A stretch of 64,000 nucleotides of DNA from Negativicutes bacterium (GTDB lineage Bacteria > Bacillota > Negativicutes > UBA1444): the NCBI GenBank assembly GCA_963665275.2, contig CAXXIN010000015.1, positions 57,262 to 121,261 of the forward strand, given 5' to 3'. The notes under the pieces are model-generated. The model worked only from the letters and a program-made list of their open reading frames with translations. It did not search any database and was not told the origin of the DNA. Position 1 is the first letter of the stretch; the number at the start of each line of letters is the position of its first letter. The position numbers and the translations under genes were made by a program. Positions 30,204 through 40,112 of the stretch are shown here, piece after piece.

Positions 30204-31529
30204 TTAGCGCGACGGTTTCTGAAGCAGCAAGCACCCTTTTTCATAAAATCCATTCATAATATCGGTGGGTACCATACTGCCGCCGGTGGCCCACGCAATA
30301 TGCACGGCGCCTTCCTGTGCTATAGGCAATCGGGCTGGACCGACGAAACCAGCCAATGCGGAAGGTTCCAAAAAGACGCCTTCCGTATCAGCCAACTGCG
30401 CAAGCAGCCGATACATTTCGCCGTCCTCCACCGTATACACTCCACTGATAAGCCGGCCAACGTTCTTGCCGACAAAGCCCGAGGGACGCCCCACAGCGAG
30501 TCCATCCGCCTCAGTGATGTTGTCGATGCCGAAATCCTGAACCGATACAGCATCATGCAATCCGGTCATCAATCCAATCAACATGGCCGGGGCATGCGTC
30601 GGTTCGGCGAAGTAACAATGGACATTTCTCCCGAAAATCAGTTTCAGTCCAAACGTGATCCCGCCGGGAGAGCCGCCCACACCGCAAGGAAGATAAACAA
30701 TCAAGGGCCGCTTGTCATCGATGGTGATATTCATCTCGTCCAGTTGTTTCTTCAGCCGGAGGGCAGCCACCGCATACCCAAGAAACAGATCCGTCGAGTT
30801 TTCATCATCAATGAAATGACTGTTTGCTTCTTTCTCCGATTGTTTTCGCCCTTCTGTCACCGCCTGTGAAAAATCAGCGTCGTACTCGATGACGCGAACC
30901 CCCTTGGATCGCAGCAGATCTTTCTTCCAGGTTTTTGCATCCGCCGACATATGCACCGTCACTTTGAAACCCAGTTTCGCGCTCATGATGCCGATGCTCA
31001 GGCCGAGATTTCCTGTCGACCCCACAGCAATGGAGTACCCTGCATAGAGCCTCCGGAACGGCTCGCTGTCGATGATACTGTAATCATCGGCTTCACTCAG
31101 CAGTTGGTGCTCGATGGCCAACTCTTCCGCGACTTTCAGCACTTCATACACTCCGCCCCGAGCCTTGATCGAGCCGGCGATGGGGAGATGACTGTCGTAT
31201 TTCGCATAGATTTTCCCCGGAATCTGCCGCTGTAACAGGCGTTCCAATTCCTGCTGCATGCGGGGAACCTGCAGCAATGGGGACTCGATGATCCCACGGG
31301 TAGCCTGTGTTTCGGGAAAGGCCTTCGCAATATAAGGTGCAAATCGCAACAGACGCCGTTCTGCATCTTCGACATCGTTCAACCCCAAAGCCAAAGGAAG
31401 CGAATCCAGCGTTGGCACGCAGGCCGGATTCGACCACCATACTTCCCGCGTGTCGATGAGATCCTGCAGCAGGGGGTACTCCGCAATCCATTCAGCTAAA
31501 GTCCGCCCCATAATATTTTGCTCCTGCAT
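30204..31529 (-). CDS. dsdA: D-serine ammonia-lyase
   Basis: [57 protein letters not shown]. Confidence 0.95.
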   Translation of the reverse strand: MQEQNIMGRTLAEWIAEYPLLQDLIDTREVWWSNPACVPTLDSLPLALGLNDVEDAERRLLRFAPYIAKAFPETQATRGIIESPLLQVPRMQQELERLLQRQIPGKIYAKYDSHLPIAGSIKARGGVYEVLKVAEELAIEHQLLSEADDYSIIDSEPFRRLYAGYSIAVGSTGNLGLSIGIMSAKLGFKVTVHMSADAKTWKKDLLRSKGVRVIEYDADFSQAVTEGRKQSEKEANSHFIDDENSTDLFLGYAVAALRLKKQLDEMNITIDDKRPLIVYLPCGVGGSPGGITFGLKLIFGRNVHCYFAEPTHAPAMLIGLMTGLHDAVSVQDFGIDNITEADGLAVGRPSGFVGKNVGRLISGVYTVEDGEMYRLLAQLADTEGVFLEPSALAGFVGPARLPIAQEGAVHIAWATGGSMVPTDIMNGFYEKGCLLLQKPSR

Positions 31530-31587
31530 TACAGCTCCACCCTCCGGTACATTTTTCGTCCAGTTTTATCGTAATATTTTAGGCTGC

Positions 31588-32730
31588 TCAAACCGCATCG
31601 ACTGACAACGCCAATAACTTGGCCCGTTCCACGAGTCCGGCCAGAACGATATACTCCCGGTCGCTGTGATTGAGTTCGCCCAAGGCTCCCATCGAGCAAA
31701 TTGAAGGAGCGCCGGCACGGACGGTCCACCCTGCGTCAGAAGCCCCGCCGCCAACCTTTTTCTCGACATCCAGCCCCAATTTCTTGCCCTGTTCCCGCAC
31801 GATTTCGTACAGTTTCAAGTTTCCTTCCGTCACTTCCATTGGTGTGAACCGTTCCCTGAGATTCGCCACCTCGGTAGTCGTACCGGGAACAATGCTTTGC
31901 GAAGCGATTTTTCGCAGACTCTCTATTCCTTCCGCACCGTCAGCTGCAGTCAAATAGCGCATGTCGATGACGACAGAAGCGTAGTCGGGCACTGCATTGG
32001 CCACCGTTCCGCCTTTGATGACGCCGCAGTTGAAGGTAAGTCCCCGGTTTTTGTCCGTAAGGTTGTTGACGGCGATGATCTTGTGCGCCAATTCCACAAT
32101 CGCACTGGCGCCTTTGTCCAAATCTGCGCCTGCATGGGCCGAAACTCCCTTAACAATCAGCTCCGGATGGATATTGCCTTTACGCCCCACCAGAACTGCT
32201 TGCCCGGCGCTGGCGGTTTCCATATTGAATACCGCATCTTTGCCTTTGGCGTATTTCTCGAACAGTTCGGGCGCATTGGTTTTGGGATGGGCGAACTCTT
32301 CGTCGCCGGCAAAGAACACCGTAACATTCTTGTCATTCCAGCCGGATTCATAAAGAGCTTCCAGCGCAAAGAGAGCGATCGTGATGCCGCCCTTCATGTC
32401 CAAAACTCCGGGTCCATATGCTTTATCGTCCCGGATGGTAAAAGGCCTGGCTGCTACCGTCCCCACAGGAAAAAGCGTGTCCATGTGGCCGATGATCATG
32501 ACTTCTTTGCTACCCGTCCCTTTCTTTTTGGCCAGCAGATGCGTACAGGCGCCCGGAACATCCATATATTCCACATCAAATTTCATTTCCTGAAGTTTGT
32601 CGCCAATAATGCGAGCTACTTTCGCAACGCCCTCCGGACTGTCGTTCCCTGAATCTATGTTCACCAATTTCTCTAAAAAACCGATCATTTTGTCATGTTT
32701 TGCTTCGATGGCCTTCACTAGCTTCTCCAT
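31588..32730 (-). CDS. M20 metallopeptidase (glutamate carboxypeptidase-like), second paralog
   Basis: GHMDT, GPGVLDMKGG, GDEE, NME, SAHAG, GGASD, HSDRE. Confidence 0.92.
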   Translation of the reverse strand: MEKLVKAIEAKHDKMIGFLEKLVNIDSGNDSPEGVAKVARIIGDKLQEMKFDVEYMDVPGACTHLLAKKKGTGSKEVMIIGHMDTLFPVGTVAARPFTIRDDKAYGPGVLDMKGGITIALFALEALYESGWNDKNVTVFFAGDEEFAHPKTNAPELFEKYAKGKDAVFNMETASAGQAVLVGRKGNIHPELIVKGVSAHAGADLDKGASAIVELAHKIIAVNNLTDKNRGLTFNCGVIKGGTVANAVPDYASVVIDMRYLTAADGAEGIESLRKIASQSIVPGTTTEVANLRERFTPMEVTEGNLKLYEIVREQGKKLGLDVEKKVGGGASDAGWTVRAGAPSICSMGALGELNHSDREYIVLAGLVERAKLLALSVDAV

Positions 32731-32896
32731 GCCGCCATTCCTCCTTTATTTCATCTGGACGTTTTCGTTTGTCCCTTCTTTTCGAATAGTCCGATTAATG
32801 ATATTATATGGTTAAATGACGCGCCCTAATATTGTCCCTAATATGTCCAAAATATTAATTTACTCCCTCGCATTCTGGCAGTAAAGGAGAGCCCAA

Positions 32897-34216
32897 ATGA
32901 AAGTTGGAATCATCGGTCCCTCACAAATAGTCGCCAAAACTGCCCGGATCATCAAGAAGGAATTCCCGCAAATTGAACCGGTCGAATATGTCTATTCCAC
33001 TTATACGGAAACACCCGCCCTACTGAAGTACCACCAGTTGGAGGTGGATGCCCTTCTATTCACCGGAAAAACGCCGTACACGCTGGCTGGTAAATTCATC
33101 AAGCCGACTGTACCGTGGGAGTTCGTTCCCCGCAGCGGCAGTTCTCTGATGCGAATATTGCTGTACGCCAAACTCTGGACCGATTATGATATTTCCAACA
33201 TCAGTTTCGACACCTACAATCAGGACTTACTTCATGAAGCCTATCAGGAAATCGGCATCCCTATTGAACAGCTGAGAATCTTCATCGCGGAGGAAGAAAA
33301 GCTCTCCGACAACTATCAAACCCACATCTGTGATTTTCACAAAAAGAACTATTTGGGCGGCCACGTTTCCTGCTGTATCACCGCTCTGCAGGGGGCGTAC
33401 GACGAACTTCGCGCGTGTGCGGTTCCCTGTCTGCTGCTGGAGCCGACAGCCAACATCATCAGAGAAACTCTCTACAAACTGCAGTTGAAACATTTGGTGA
33501 AAGTAAGCCAACAAAGCCAGCTGGTGGCCATTTGTATCCAGATTGACGCGCCCAGTGAACTTTCTTTGCTGGCTGATGACGAATATCAGACCGCTCTGAA
33601 CCGGACGAAAGTGTCGGAACAGATTTACTTGTTTGCGCAACGCATCCAGGCTGCAGTCATTGAAAGCGGCGATAAAAACTATCTGCTCTTTACGACCACG
33701 CAGTTATTGGAGAATGAAACCAACAACCTGAAAAGCATTGAATTGCTTCATGCCGTCCAAGCCAACACCGCCAGCACCGTCAGCGTAGGGATCGGATACG
33801 GGCAGACCGCCAACGAAGCCAAAATCGGCGCGACCCGCGGCATGCTGCATGCCAGTAAAAAAGGCGGAAACCTCGCCTTTATCGTCTATGAAGGAAAAAA
33901 AATCATCGGCCACTTGGCAAGTATCGCTCCGAACACAGAAAAAGCAGAACCGCTCATCGATGAAAAATTTCTACGCATCTCGGAAAAGGTCGGAGTCAGT
34001 ATCAACACCGTATTCAAATTAAGCTGTATCGCGGAGCAATATGGGAAAAGCGATTTCACCATCAAGGAATTGGCGCCGCTGTTTGGCGTAACAACGAGAA
34101 CGATGAACAGAGTGATTGAGAAATTTGAACAAACAGGGTTTTGTAAAATCATCGGTAAAAGGATCATCGGCAAATCCGGCCGCCCCAGCCGAATCATTCA
34201 CCTGAATCTTGGGTGA
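32897..34216 (+). CDS. Putative transcriptional regulator (N-terminal sensor, GGDEF-like middle, C-terminal HTH)
   Basis: SVGIGYG, C-terminal TIKELAPLFGVTTRTMNRVI HTH and KSGRPSR wing; divergent from the catabolic operon. Confidence 0.75.
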   Translation: MKVGIIGPSQIVAKTARIIKKEFPQIEPVEYVYSTYTETPALLKYHQLEVDALLFTGKTPYTLAGKFIKPTVPWEFVPRSGSSLMRILLYAKLWTDYDISNISFDTYNQDLLHEAYQEIGIPIEQLRIFIAEEEKLSDNYQTHICDFHKKNYLGGHVSCCITALQGAYDELRACAVPCLLLEPTANIIRETLYKLQLKHLVKVSQQSQLVAICIQIDAPSELSLLADDEYQTALNRTKVSEQIYLFAQRIQAAVIESGDKNYLLFTTTQLLENETNNLKSIELLHAVQANTASTVSVGIGYGQTANEAKIGATRGMLHASKKGGNLAFIVYEGKKIIGHLASIAPNTEKAEPLIDEKFLRISEKVGVSINTVFKLSCIAEQYGKSDFTIKELAPLFGVTTRTMNRVIEKFEQTGFCKIIGKRIIGKSGRPSRIIHLNLG

Positions 34217-34284
34217 CATTATAGATATGCCCGATCTTTTCCATCCAAGATCCAGCCGACATCAGAAAATTCATGATCCGCTTC

Positions 34285-34320
34285 AAGACCGTCACAGGAG
34301 TGGCGGTCTTTTCATTTTTT
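34285..34320 (+). terminator. Intrinsic terminator after the regulator
   Basis: AAGACCGTCAC/GTGGCGGTCTT hairpin followed by a T tract. Confidence 0.65.
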
Positions 34321-34390
34321 AAAATCCTTCTCTTTTCTAAGAACTTCTACCGTTGATGGATAGTGACCCGATAATTTCGCGCGGAAAGGA

Positions 34391-34861
34391 ATGAGCTGTT
34401 GCATGAACCAGACAGAGATTCTCGATTTGATTACCTATCGCTGCACTTCCAACGGTTTTCACCAAGTATCATCCCCCCTGACGTATCAGGACCAGGAGGT
34501 ATTGGTCTGCGCTCTCGCCAACTGGGAAGAGGAATATCATTTCTTCGGGTTTGAAGTTGTCAGCAGTACCGAATTTCTATCCAACCCAACAGCAAAAACC
34601 AACGCATATAAAGACCCTGTCTTTTTCAACCGGATGACGCAAGAAATAGACCTTTCCCCTCTGAGTCACGCAAATTCGGATTCCCTGAATTGCAAGTTTG
34701 GTTTTTATAAGATCGTGCCTGATGAACCTGCCTGTCGACTGATGGTGAAAAATCTCTGGCTATCTGATCCCAATGCAGCGGCGCGGGTTGTGCTGGTCGC
34801 ACACGACGGGACCTGGCTTACGGGCAGGGACATGCTGGGAATCACAGTATTACTGTCCTAA
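34391..34861 (+). CDS. Hypothetical protein
   Basis: 156-aa ORF filling an intergenic gap, GGAAAGGA upstream; no recognised motif. Confidence 0.5.
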   Translation: MSCCMNQTEILDLITYRCTSNGFHQVSSPLTYQDQEVLVCALANWEEEYHFFGFEVVSSTEFLSNPTAKTNAYKDPVFFNRMTQEIDLSPLSHANSDSLNCKFGFYKIVPDEPACRLMVKNLWLSDPNAAARVVLVAHDGTWLTGRDMLGITVLLS

Positions 34862-34888
34862 TGTACAACTCTCAACTCAAATACTACA

Positions 34889-34933
34889 GGGGCTGCCTCA
34901 CATTAGGTTTTTAAACCTGAGTGATGCAGCCCT
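34889..34933. repeat. REP/MITE-like palindrome, copy 2
   Basis: GGGGCTGCCTCACATTAGGTTT-TT-AAACCTGAGTGATGCAGCCC between convergent genes; resembles 9939..9995. Confidence 0.6.
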
Positions 34934-34937
34934 TTAA

Positions 34938-35906
34938 TCATTGCTGATTGTCGGATTCGCAGGGTTCGGTTCCTGATGACTGGACGAGACAGTTGGATTG
35001 CTCCCTACGGCTCATCATTTCATCCATCGTGTCATCATCTTCCACTTTGCGGACATCCACCGTCACTTCCATATTACGGTTGCCAGGCAAGGTCTTATAA
35101 CTTCCTTTCACCGGTACGATATCGCAATAATCGCGACCATGCCCCAATTTTATATAACGCCAGTTCATCGTTTCATTATTCGTCGGATCGAAGCCCAGCC
35201 AGCCTACGCCGGGAATGAACGCCTCCACCCAGGCATGGGAAGCCTGCTGAAAGGCCGCTGTTGCAGTCTGCAAGTCGCTGACAAAATGATAACCACTGAT
35301 ATAGCGGGCGGGAATTCCCAGCACCCGGCAACAGGCCAGCATCAGATGGGCAAAATCCTGGCAGACTCCCCGCCGAAGCAAAAGTGTATCCTGTGCCGTG
35401 GTGTTCACATTCGTTACGCCCGGCTCATACAAAAAACCTTCATGAATGGTACTGCTCAAGGTACGAACGGTTTCATACACATTCCCGCTCTTTGCGTTCG
35501 TCGCTACTTCCGCGGCAAATGCACGGATATCCGTAGAAAACTGAATATAGGATGTCGCAAGCAAAAACTCAGCATAGCGATTTTGAAACGCATCATCACA
35601 GAGAATTGCATGTTCTTCCGCCACACTCAGTCTGCCGCTCGAACGAGGCTCCTGACTCTGGGTAACGACGACAGAGTGACTGTGGATCTTTAGTTGCTGA
35701 TGCGGCTGAGTTACAGAAAATGAGTGAACCCGATTTTCAAAGTAATCTTCATAAGTAAATAAATTCGTTTGCGGGTCCGTCACAATTAAATGATGCAGGC
35801 AGGACTGGCGGTAGTTCGTGCGGGGTGACAGTCGCACCTCATTGATGTTGTCGGTCGCCGGATGGTCATACAGGTACTGGGTGGTATGATGGATATCAAA
35901 TTTCAT
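34938..35906 (-). CDS. Transglutaminase-like protein (Bact_transglu_N + core)
   Basis: I.H.T.Y.Y N-terminus, GVCQDFAH, ARYISGY, SHAWVE, FDPTN, GRDY.D. Confidence 0.92.
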   Translation of the reverse strand: MKFDIHHTTQYLYDHPATDNINEVRLSPRTNYRQSCLHHLIVTDPQTNLFTYEDYFENRVHSFSVTQPHQQLKIHSHSVVVTQSQEPRSSGRLSVAEEHAILCDDAFQNRYAEFLLATSYIQFSTDIRAFAAEVATNAKSGNVYETVRTLSSTIHEGFLYEPGVTNVNTTAQDTLLLRRGVCQDFAHLMLACCRVLGIPARYISGYHFVSDLQTATAAFQQASHAWVEAFIPGVGWLGFDPTNNETMNWRYIKLGHGRDYCDIVPVKGSYKTLPGNRNMEVTVDVRKVEDDDTMDEMMSRREQSNCLVQSSGTEPCESDNQQ

Positions 35907-35911
35907 TCAGC

Positions 35912-36878
35912 CTAATCCTCCATGTTAAAGACGGTCATCGAAAATTCCCGGCTCATCTCATTGCACAGCACCAACAGAGAATGCAGAAAATTCGCTTGAT
36001 CCTCCACCGTACTGCTTTCCTCATCGAGGCCGAGCAGCAAAGCCTGAATTCGCTTGAGCAGACGGGTTATTCTTCCCACTCTCAGCTGGGAATTACCCTC
36101 CAGACGCTGCATAAGCTTCAGGTTGCGGTCCAGCCCCAGCAACGCGTAAGATACAGAGCGCGGGAATTCCAAATTGAGCAAAAGAAAACGGTAGACATTT
36201 TCCGCAGTCAGCTCGGATGCATAAAACCGGCGAAACCCCTCTACCCCATCCACGGTCTTTGAGCAGGGTCAGCAATTGCTGATACTGCTCGGGCGAAACT
36301 TGATCCCGGCAAACTTCGCTGCATTTTACGAGCATTTGCAGGATGCGCACCGTGTTTTCCGCCCGTTCCATATATCGGCCGCATTGCAGAATATGCCATT
36401 CATGCCGGCGTAGCATCGAAGAGTCCGCAATGCCATAAAATAAAGCAATCCGTTCTTTAATATGTTGATAAAAAAGATATGGGGATGCCTCAAAGATTGC
36501 CGAAATGTTTTTGTCCCTAAGCCAAAGATAAGTTTCGTTGATAGCCTCCCACACAAAACCGGGAATCCGCTCGCGCACAGCCCGGGCGTTGTTCCGCGCC
36601 AGATTCAGACAGCTTGCGATCGAGTTTGCATGATCAGGGTCCAACGTCAAAAAAAACAAAATACTTTTTTCCCCCGGTTCGGGATGTCCCGTCTGGTAAC
36701 TCTGCAATTCACCGAGCATTTCCATCAACCGCTGCCACAGCGGCAGCCGATCCGCCTCGAAACCTGACGATTCCTGGTATTCCTGAAAATTGGCGTCAAT
36801 CAGACGGGCATGATAGTCTACCCGTTCAGTATAACGGCCCAGCCAAAAAAAAATATCCTCCATCACCCGTCTGCTCAT
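35912..36878 (-). CDS. Alpha-E domain protein (DUF403), apparent frameshift ~36258
   Basis: WLGRYTER, ARNNARAVRE, GRYMERAENT, FLLL..EFPRS; removing one A restores a single frame; ATGA overlap with the ATP-grasp gene. Confidence 0.88.
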
Positions 36879-38350
36879 GCCCTCGCCTCCCCCATTTCTT
36901 CCGGGTTTCCTTGCAAAATCCAGGTATCTTTGCTGCCGCCCCCTTGGGACGAATTTACCACCAAAGAACCTGGCTTGAGGGCCACGCGAGTCAGTCCTCC
37001 AGGCACCACATAAACTTCCTCCCCCGCCCCCATGACCACATACGGGCGAAGGTCTACGTGACAAGGACTAATCCGGGCATTCTGAAAGCAAGGAACCCTT
37101 GATAGCTGAATAGTCGGCTGGGCAATGTAACGACTCGGCGTTTCCTGTATTTTCGCAGCAAATAGCGCTAATTCTTGCTTCGACGCCTGCGGTCCGATCA
37201 ACATGCCGTAGCCACCCGATAGGGAGGTCTCCTTCACCACCATCTCCGGCAAGTGTTCAAGCACGTACTCCCTTGCTTCCGTTTTTTCCAGCACATAGGT
37301 AGGAACATTCTCCAATATGGGCTCTTCATTGAGGTAATAGCGGATGATGTCAGGGATGAACCGATAAATGGCCTTATCATCGGCTACTCCTGTTCCCGGA
37401 GCGTTGGCAATCGCCACATTTCCAGCCCGATACGCATTCATGATGCCTGGAACCCCAAGGAGCGAATCTGGACGGAAAGAAACAGGGTCCAGGTATTCAT
37501 CGTCAAGTCGTCGGTAAATGACGTCGACTTGTTGCAGGCCTTGAATCGTTTTCTCATACACCTTGTGGTCAACGACCTTCAAATCGCTTCCTTCCACCAA
37601 ATTGATTCCCATTTCTTGCGCCAGGAAGGTATGTTCGAAATACGCCGAATTATGCTGCCCAGGAGTCAACAGAACAACGCGGGGATTGGACTTCCCCCCC
37701 GGAGTGAGGCTGCGCAGCGCGATAAGAAACTGGTTGAGCCCACGTGATAAAGACTGAACCCTATATTTTTCGAACAGGTCTGGAAACAGATTTCGCATCA
37801 GAGCGCGGTTCTTATATAGATACGATATGCCTGAAGGAGTGCGGAGGTTATCCTCCAAAACAAAATAACGCCCCCCTGCATCACGAATGATATCAATCCC
37901 CGATAGGCTGATATATACTCCACCTGGAACATCCACATGCATCATTTCCGGGCGAAAATACACGTTGGATATGATATCGCGTCTTGGAATAATACCTTCC
38001 CTGAAAATGTGCTGCTCATGATATGCATCCCACAGAAAACGGTTGATGGCCTTGGCCCGTTGCCGCACACCGCTGGAAACCACCTTCCATTCCTGCGCCG
38101 GAATGATGCGGGGAATGGAATCAAAGGGGATGGTTCGTTCCAGGCTTTCCTGATCACTGGTTCCATAGAGTGTGAAAGTGATCCCCTGCTTGACCATCTG
38201 GGAATAAACCGCTTCCTGCCGGGTCTGCAGCGCCTTGGGCGACAGGGAAACAAACCAATCTTGCGCAGCCTGGTAATGAGGCCGAGTCGTCCCGTCATTC
38301 TCAAACATTTCGTCGTAAAATTTCTCCGAATGCTCGTATTCCTGGAACAT
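36875..38350 (-). CDS. Circularly permuted type 2 ATP-grasp protein
   Basis: YDEM, GITF, VLEDNLRTPSG, NSAYFEH, VDVIYRRLDD, GVADDK, GGYG, HVDLRP, PGGLTRVAL, VVNSSQGGGSKDTW. Confidence 0.95.
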   Translation of the reverse strand: MFQEYEHSEKFYDEMFENDGTTRPHYQAAQDWFVSLSPKALQTRQEAVYSQMVKQGITFTLYGTSDQESLERTIPFDSIPRIIPAQEWKVVSSGVRQRAKAINRFLWDAYHEQHIFREGIIPRRDIISNVYFRPEMMHVDVPGGVYISLSGIDIIRDAGGRYFVLEDNLRTPSGISYLYKNRALMRNLFPDLFEKYRVQSLSRGLNQFLIALRSLTPGGKSNPRVVLLTPGQHNSAYFEHTFLAQEMGINLVEGSDLKVVDHKVYEKTIQGLQQVDVIYRRLDDEYLDPVSFRPDSLLGVPGIMNAYRAGNVAIANAPGTGVADDKAIYRFIPDIIRYYLNEEPILENVPTYVLEKTEAREYVLEHLPEMVVKETSLSGGYGMLIGPQASKQELALFAAKIQETPSRYIAQPTIQLSRVPCFQNARISPCHVDLRPYVVMGAGEEVYVVPGGLTRVALKPGSLVVNSSQGGGSKDTWILQGNPEEMGEARA

Positions 38351-38381
38351 AACACATTCACCCCTTATCTACGTTTTCCGG

Positions 38382-38431
38382 AAAAAACAAGAAGACTCCT
38401 GCAGCAAGCGCTGCGGAAGTCTTCTTTGACC
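38382..38431 (-). promoter_or_regulatory. Leader terminator upstream of the ATP-grasp operon (possible attenuator)
   Basis: Minus strand AAGAAGACTTCCGCAGC-GCTT-GCTGCAGGAGTCTTCTTGTTTTTT between a TGaTAAAAT promoter and ATG 38350. Confidence 0.55.
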
Positions 38432-38498
38432 GACTACAATATTAAATGCATTTTATCACAATAGTATTTGTGTCTGCAAGTAAACGACTAATTGGTGG

Positions 38499-39462
38499 TG
38501 TGGTTAACTTGAGATAATGTCCCTTGTAGATTATCGTGAGAAAATGTCACCATGAAGAACGAGGTGCAGTATCTCATGAGCCAATCTCAACTGAATAGGT
38601 ATGCGGTAATCCATCAGGTGATTAAAGGAAATCTCAGTCTGCAGGAAACTCCGCCCTCGGGATCAGCAGGCGCATGGCTACTTTGAGGTGATGCGGCAGC
38701 TTCTCTGTAAACCACGGGATGCCTGTCAGCATTTACGCCGACCGACACGCCATCTTCTTCTCCCGCAACGCCGGAAAGCTGTCTCTCGAAGACCAACTGG
38801 GCGGCAAAGTCGTTAACGATACCCAGTTTGGTCGGGCCATGTCGGAACTCGGCATTAGTCTCTTCCCCGCTCGTTCCCCGCAGGCCAAAGGCCGGGTGGA
38901 ACGCTTGTGGGAAACCTTGCAGTCCAGGCTCCCGGTGGAGTTTGCGCTGGCCAATATTACCACGATTGATCAGGCCAATGCCTTCCTGGTTTCCTATATC
39001 GCGTTGTTTAACCAGCACTTTTCGGTTGAACCCGTCAAACTCGAGTCGGCTTTCCGCGCTGTTCCGCAAAACCTTGACTTGGATGCAATTCTTTGTGTGA
39101 AGATGAACCGGATTCTCGATGCGGACGAGTTTTTTCGTTCTACAACCGTCACTTTCTGTTGCTTCCCCATTCTTCGCTGGAGGTACCGGCGAAAGCGAAG
39201 ATCGATGTGTGAATCAATCCCCGCTTTGGAATTCGCGCCAAGTACAAAGAAACGCTGTTTCAGGTGTTGCCGTACATCAAGCCCGAAAAAATCGCAGCTG
39301 GGGAAAAAAGGGCATACCTTGACCAAGAAGCTTTCCTTTGAAGACAACGACCGGGACATCCTTCACGTGCTCGAAGACATCTTCCTTAAAAATTATGCGT
39401 AGTGACATTTTCTCCCGATAATTATCCTTCTTTACCGGTGACATTTTCTCAAGTTATTGACA
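38499..39462 (+). mobile_element. Internally deleted IS1202/ISNCY-like insertion sequence
   Basis: Ends TGTGGTTAACTTGAGATAATGTCCC and (reverse complement) TGTCAATAACTTGAGAAAATGTCACC, each with an internal GAGAAAATGTCAC repeat. Confidence 0.8.
38552..39402 (+). pseudogene. Degraded DDE (rve-type) transposase
   Basis: N-terminal MSQSQLNRYAVI fragment joined to G.PVSIYADRH, TQFGRAM.ELGI, SPQAKGRVERLW.TLQ.RL; deletion and frameshifts. Confidence 0.82.
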
Positions 39463-39611
39463 GCCGTTATATCAAATTATGTCCGAAGAGAACCGGAATA
39501 AAGCGGATAGTTCTACAGCCGCCAATATACTTTAATTTTTCAATCATATGACTACACTGAAGCAATAAAAAAGGCCCCCACTAGGAGCCATAGTATACGG
39601 TCTTATTAGCC

Positions 39612-40076
39612 CTAATCTTTAACGACCAGGACGGGTATATGCGCCAAACTTACTAAATTCCGGGTCACGCTACCCATCAGCAATTTTTCAAGTTTCCCTT
39701 GGCCTTTTGTCCCTGTAACGATCAAATCTATCGAATTTTCCTTTGCATAGGAAATAATTTCCCCTGCAACATTACCCTCACGGACTACGCCTTTCACCTT
39801 TACTCCCCTTTTCTCCGCTACGTCAGACACCTCATCCATCAGTTGTTGATGCATTGTGTTCATCAACTCGTGTTTCTCACGGCGCATTTCTTCCCGCACC
39901 TCAAGAAAGTTTGCGACACTGTCCTCTGTTGCACCATACAACTCGCTTCCCGCAAAAACCTTTACAGCTATAACTTCCGCACCTGACGACAAACTCAACT
40001 CTACAGCCCAGTTCATCGCTTCTTTACTATGGGGAGAGCCATCATAGGCGACCAATATTTTTTTCAGTTGCACCAT
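39612..40076 (-). CDS. Universal stress protein
   Basis: KILVAYDGS, DLIVTGTKG...LLMGSV, PVLVVK. Confidence 0.92.
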   Translation of the reverse strand: MVQLKKILVAYDGSPHSKEAMNWAVELSLSSGAEVIAVKVFAGSELYGATEDSVANFLEVREEMRREKHELMNTMHQQLMDEVSDVAEKRGVKVKGVVREGNVAGEIISYAKENSIDLIVTGTKGQGKLEKLLMGSVTRNLVSLAHIPVLVVKD

Positions 40077-40112
40077 TTCCCAAACATCTCCTTTTTATTT
40101 GTCGTCATGATA

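Noticed and set aside
39463-39490. Possible dif/Xer site next to the IS1202-like end
   Set aside because: Only TTATGT matches; no convincing XerC/XerD arms
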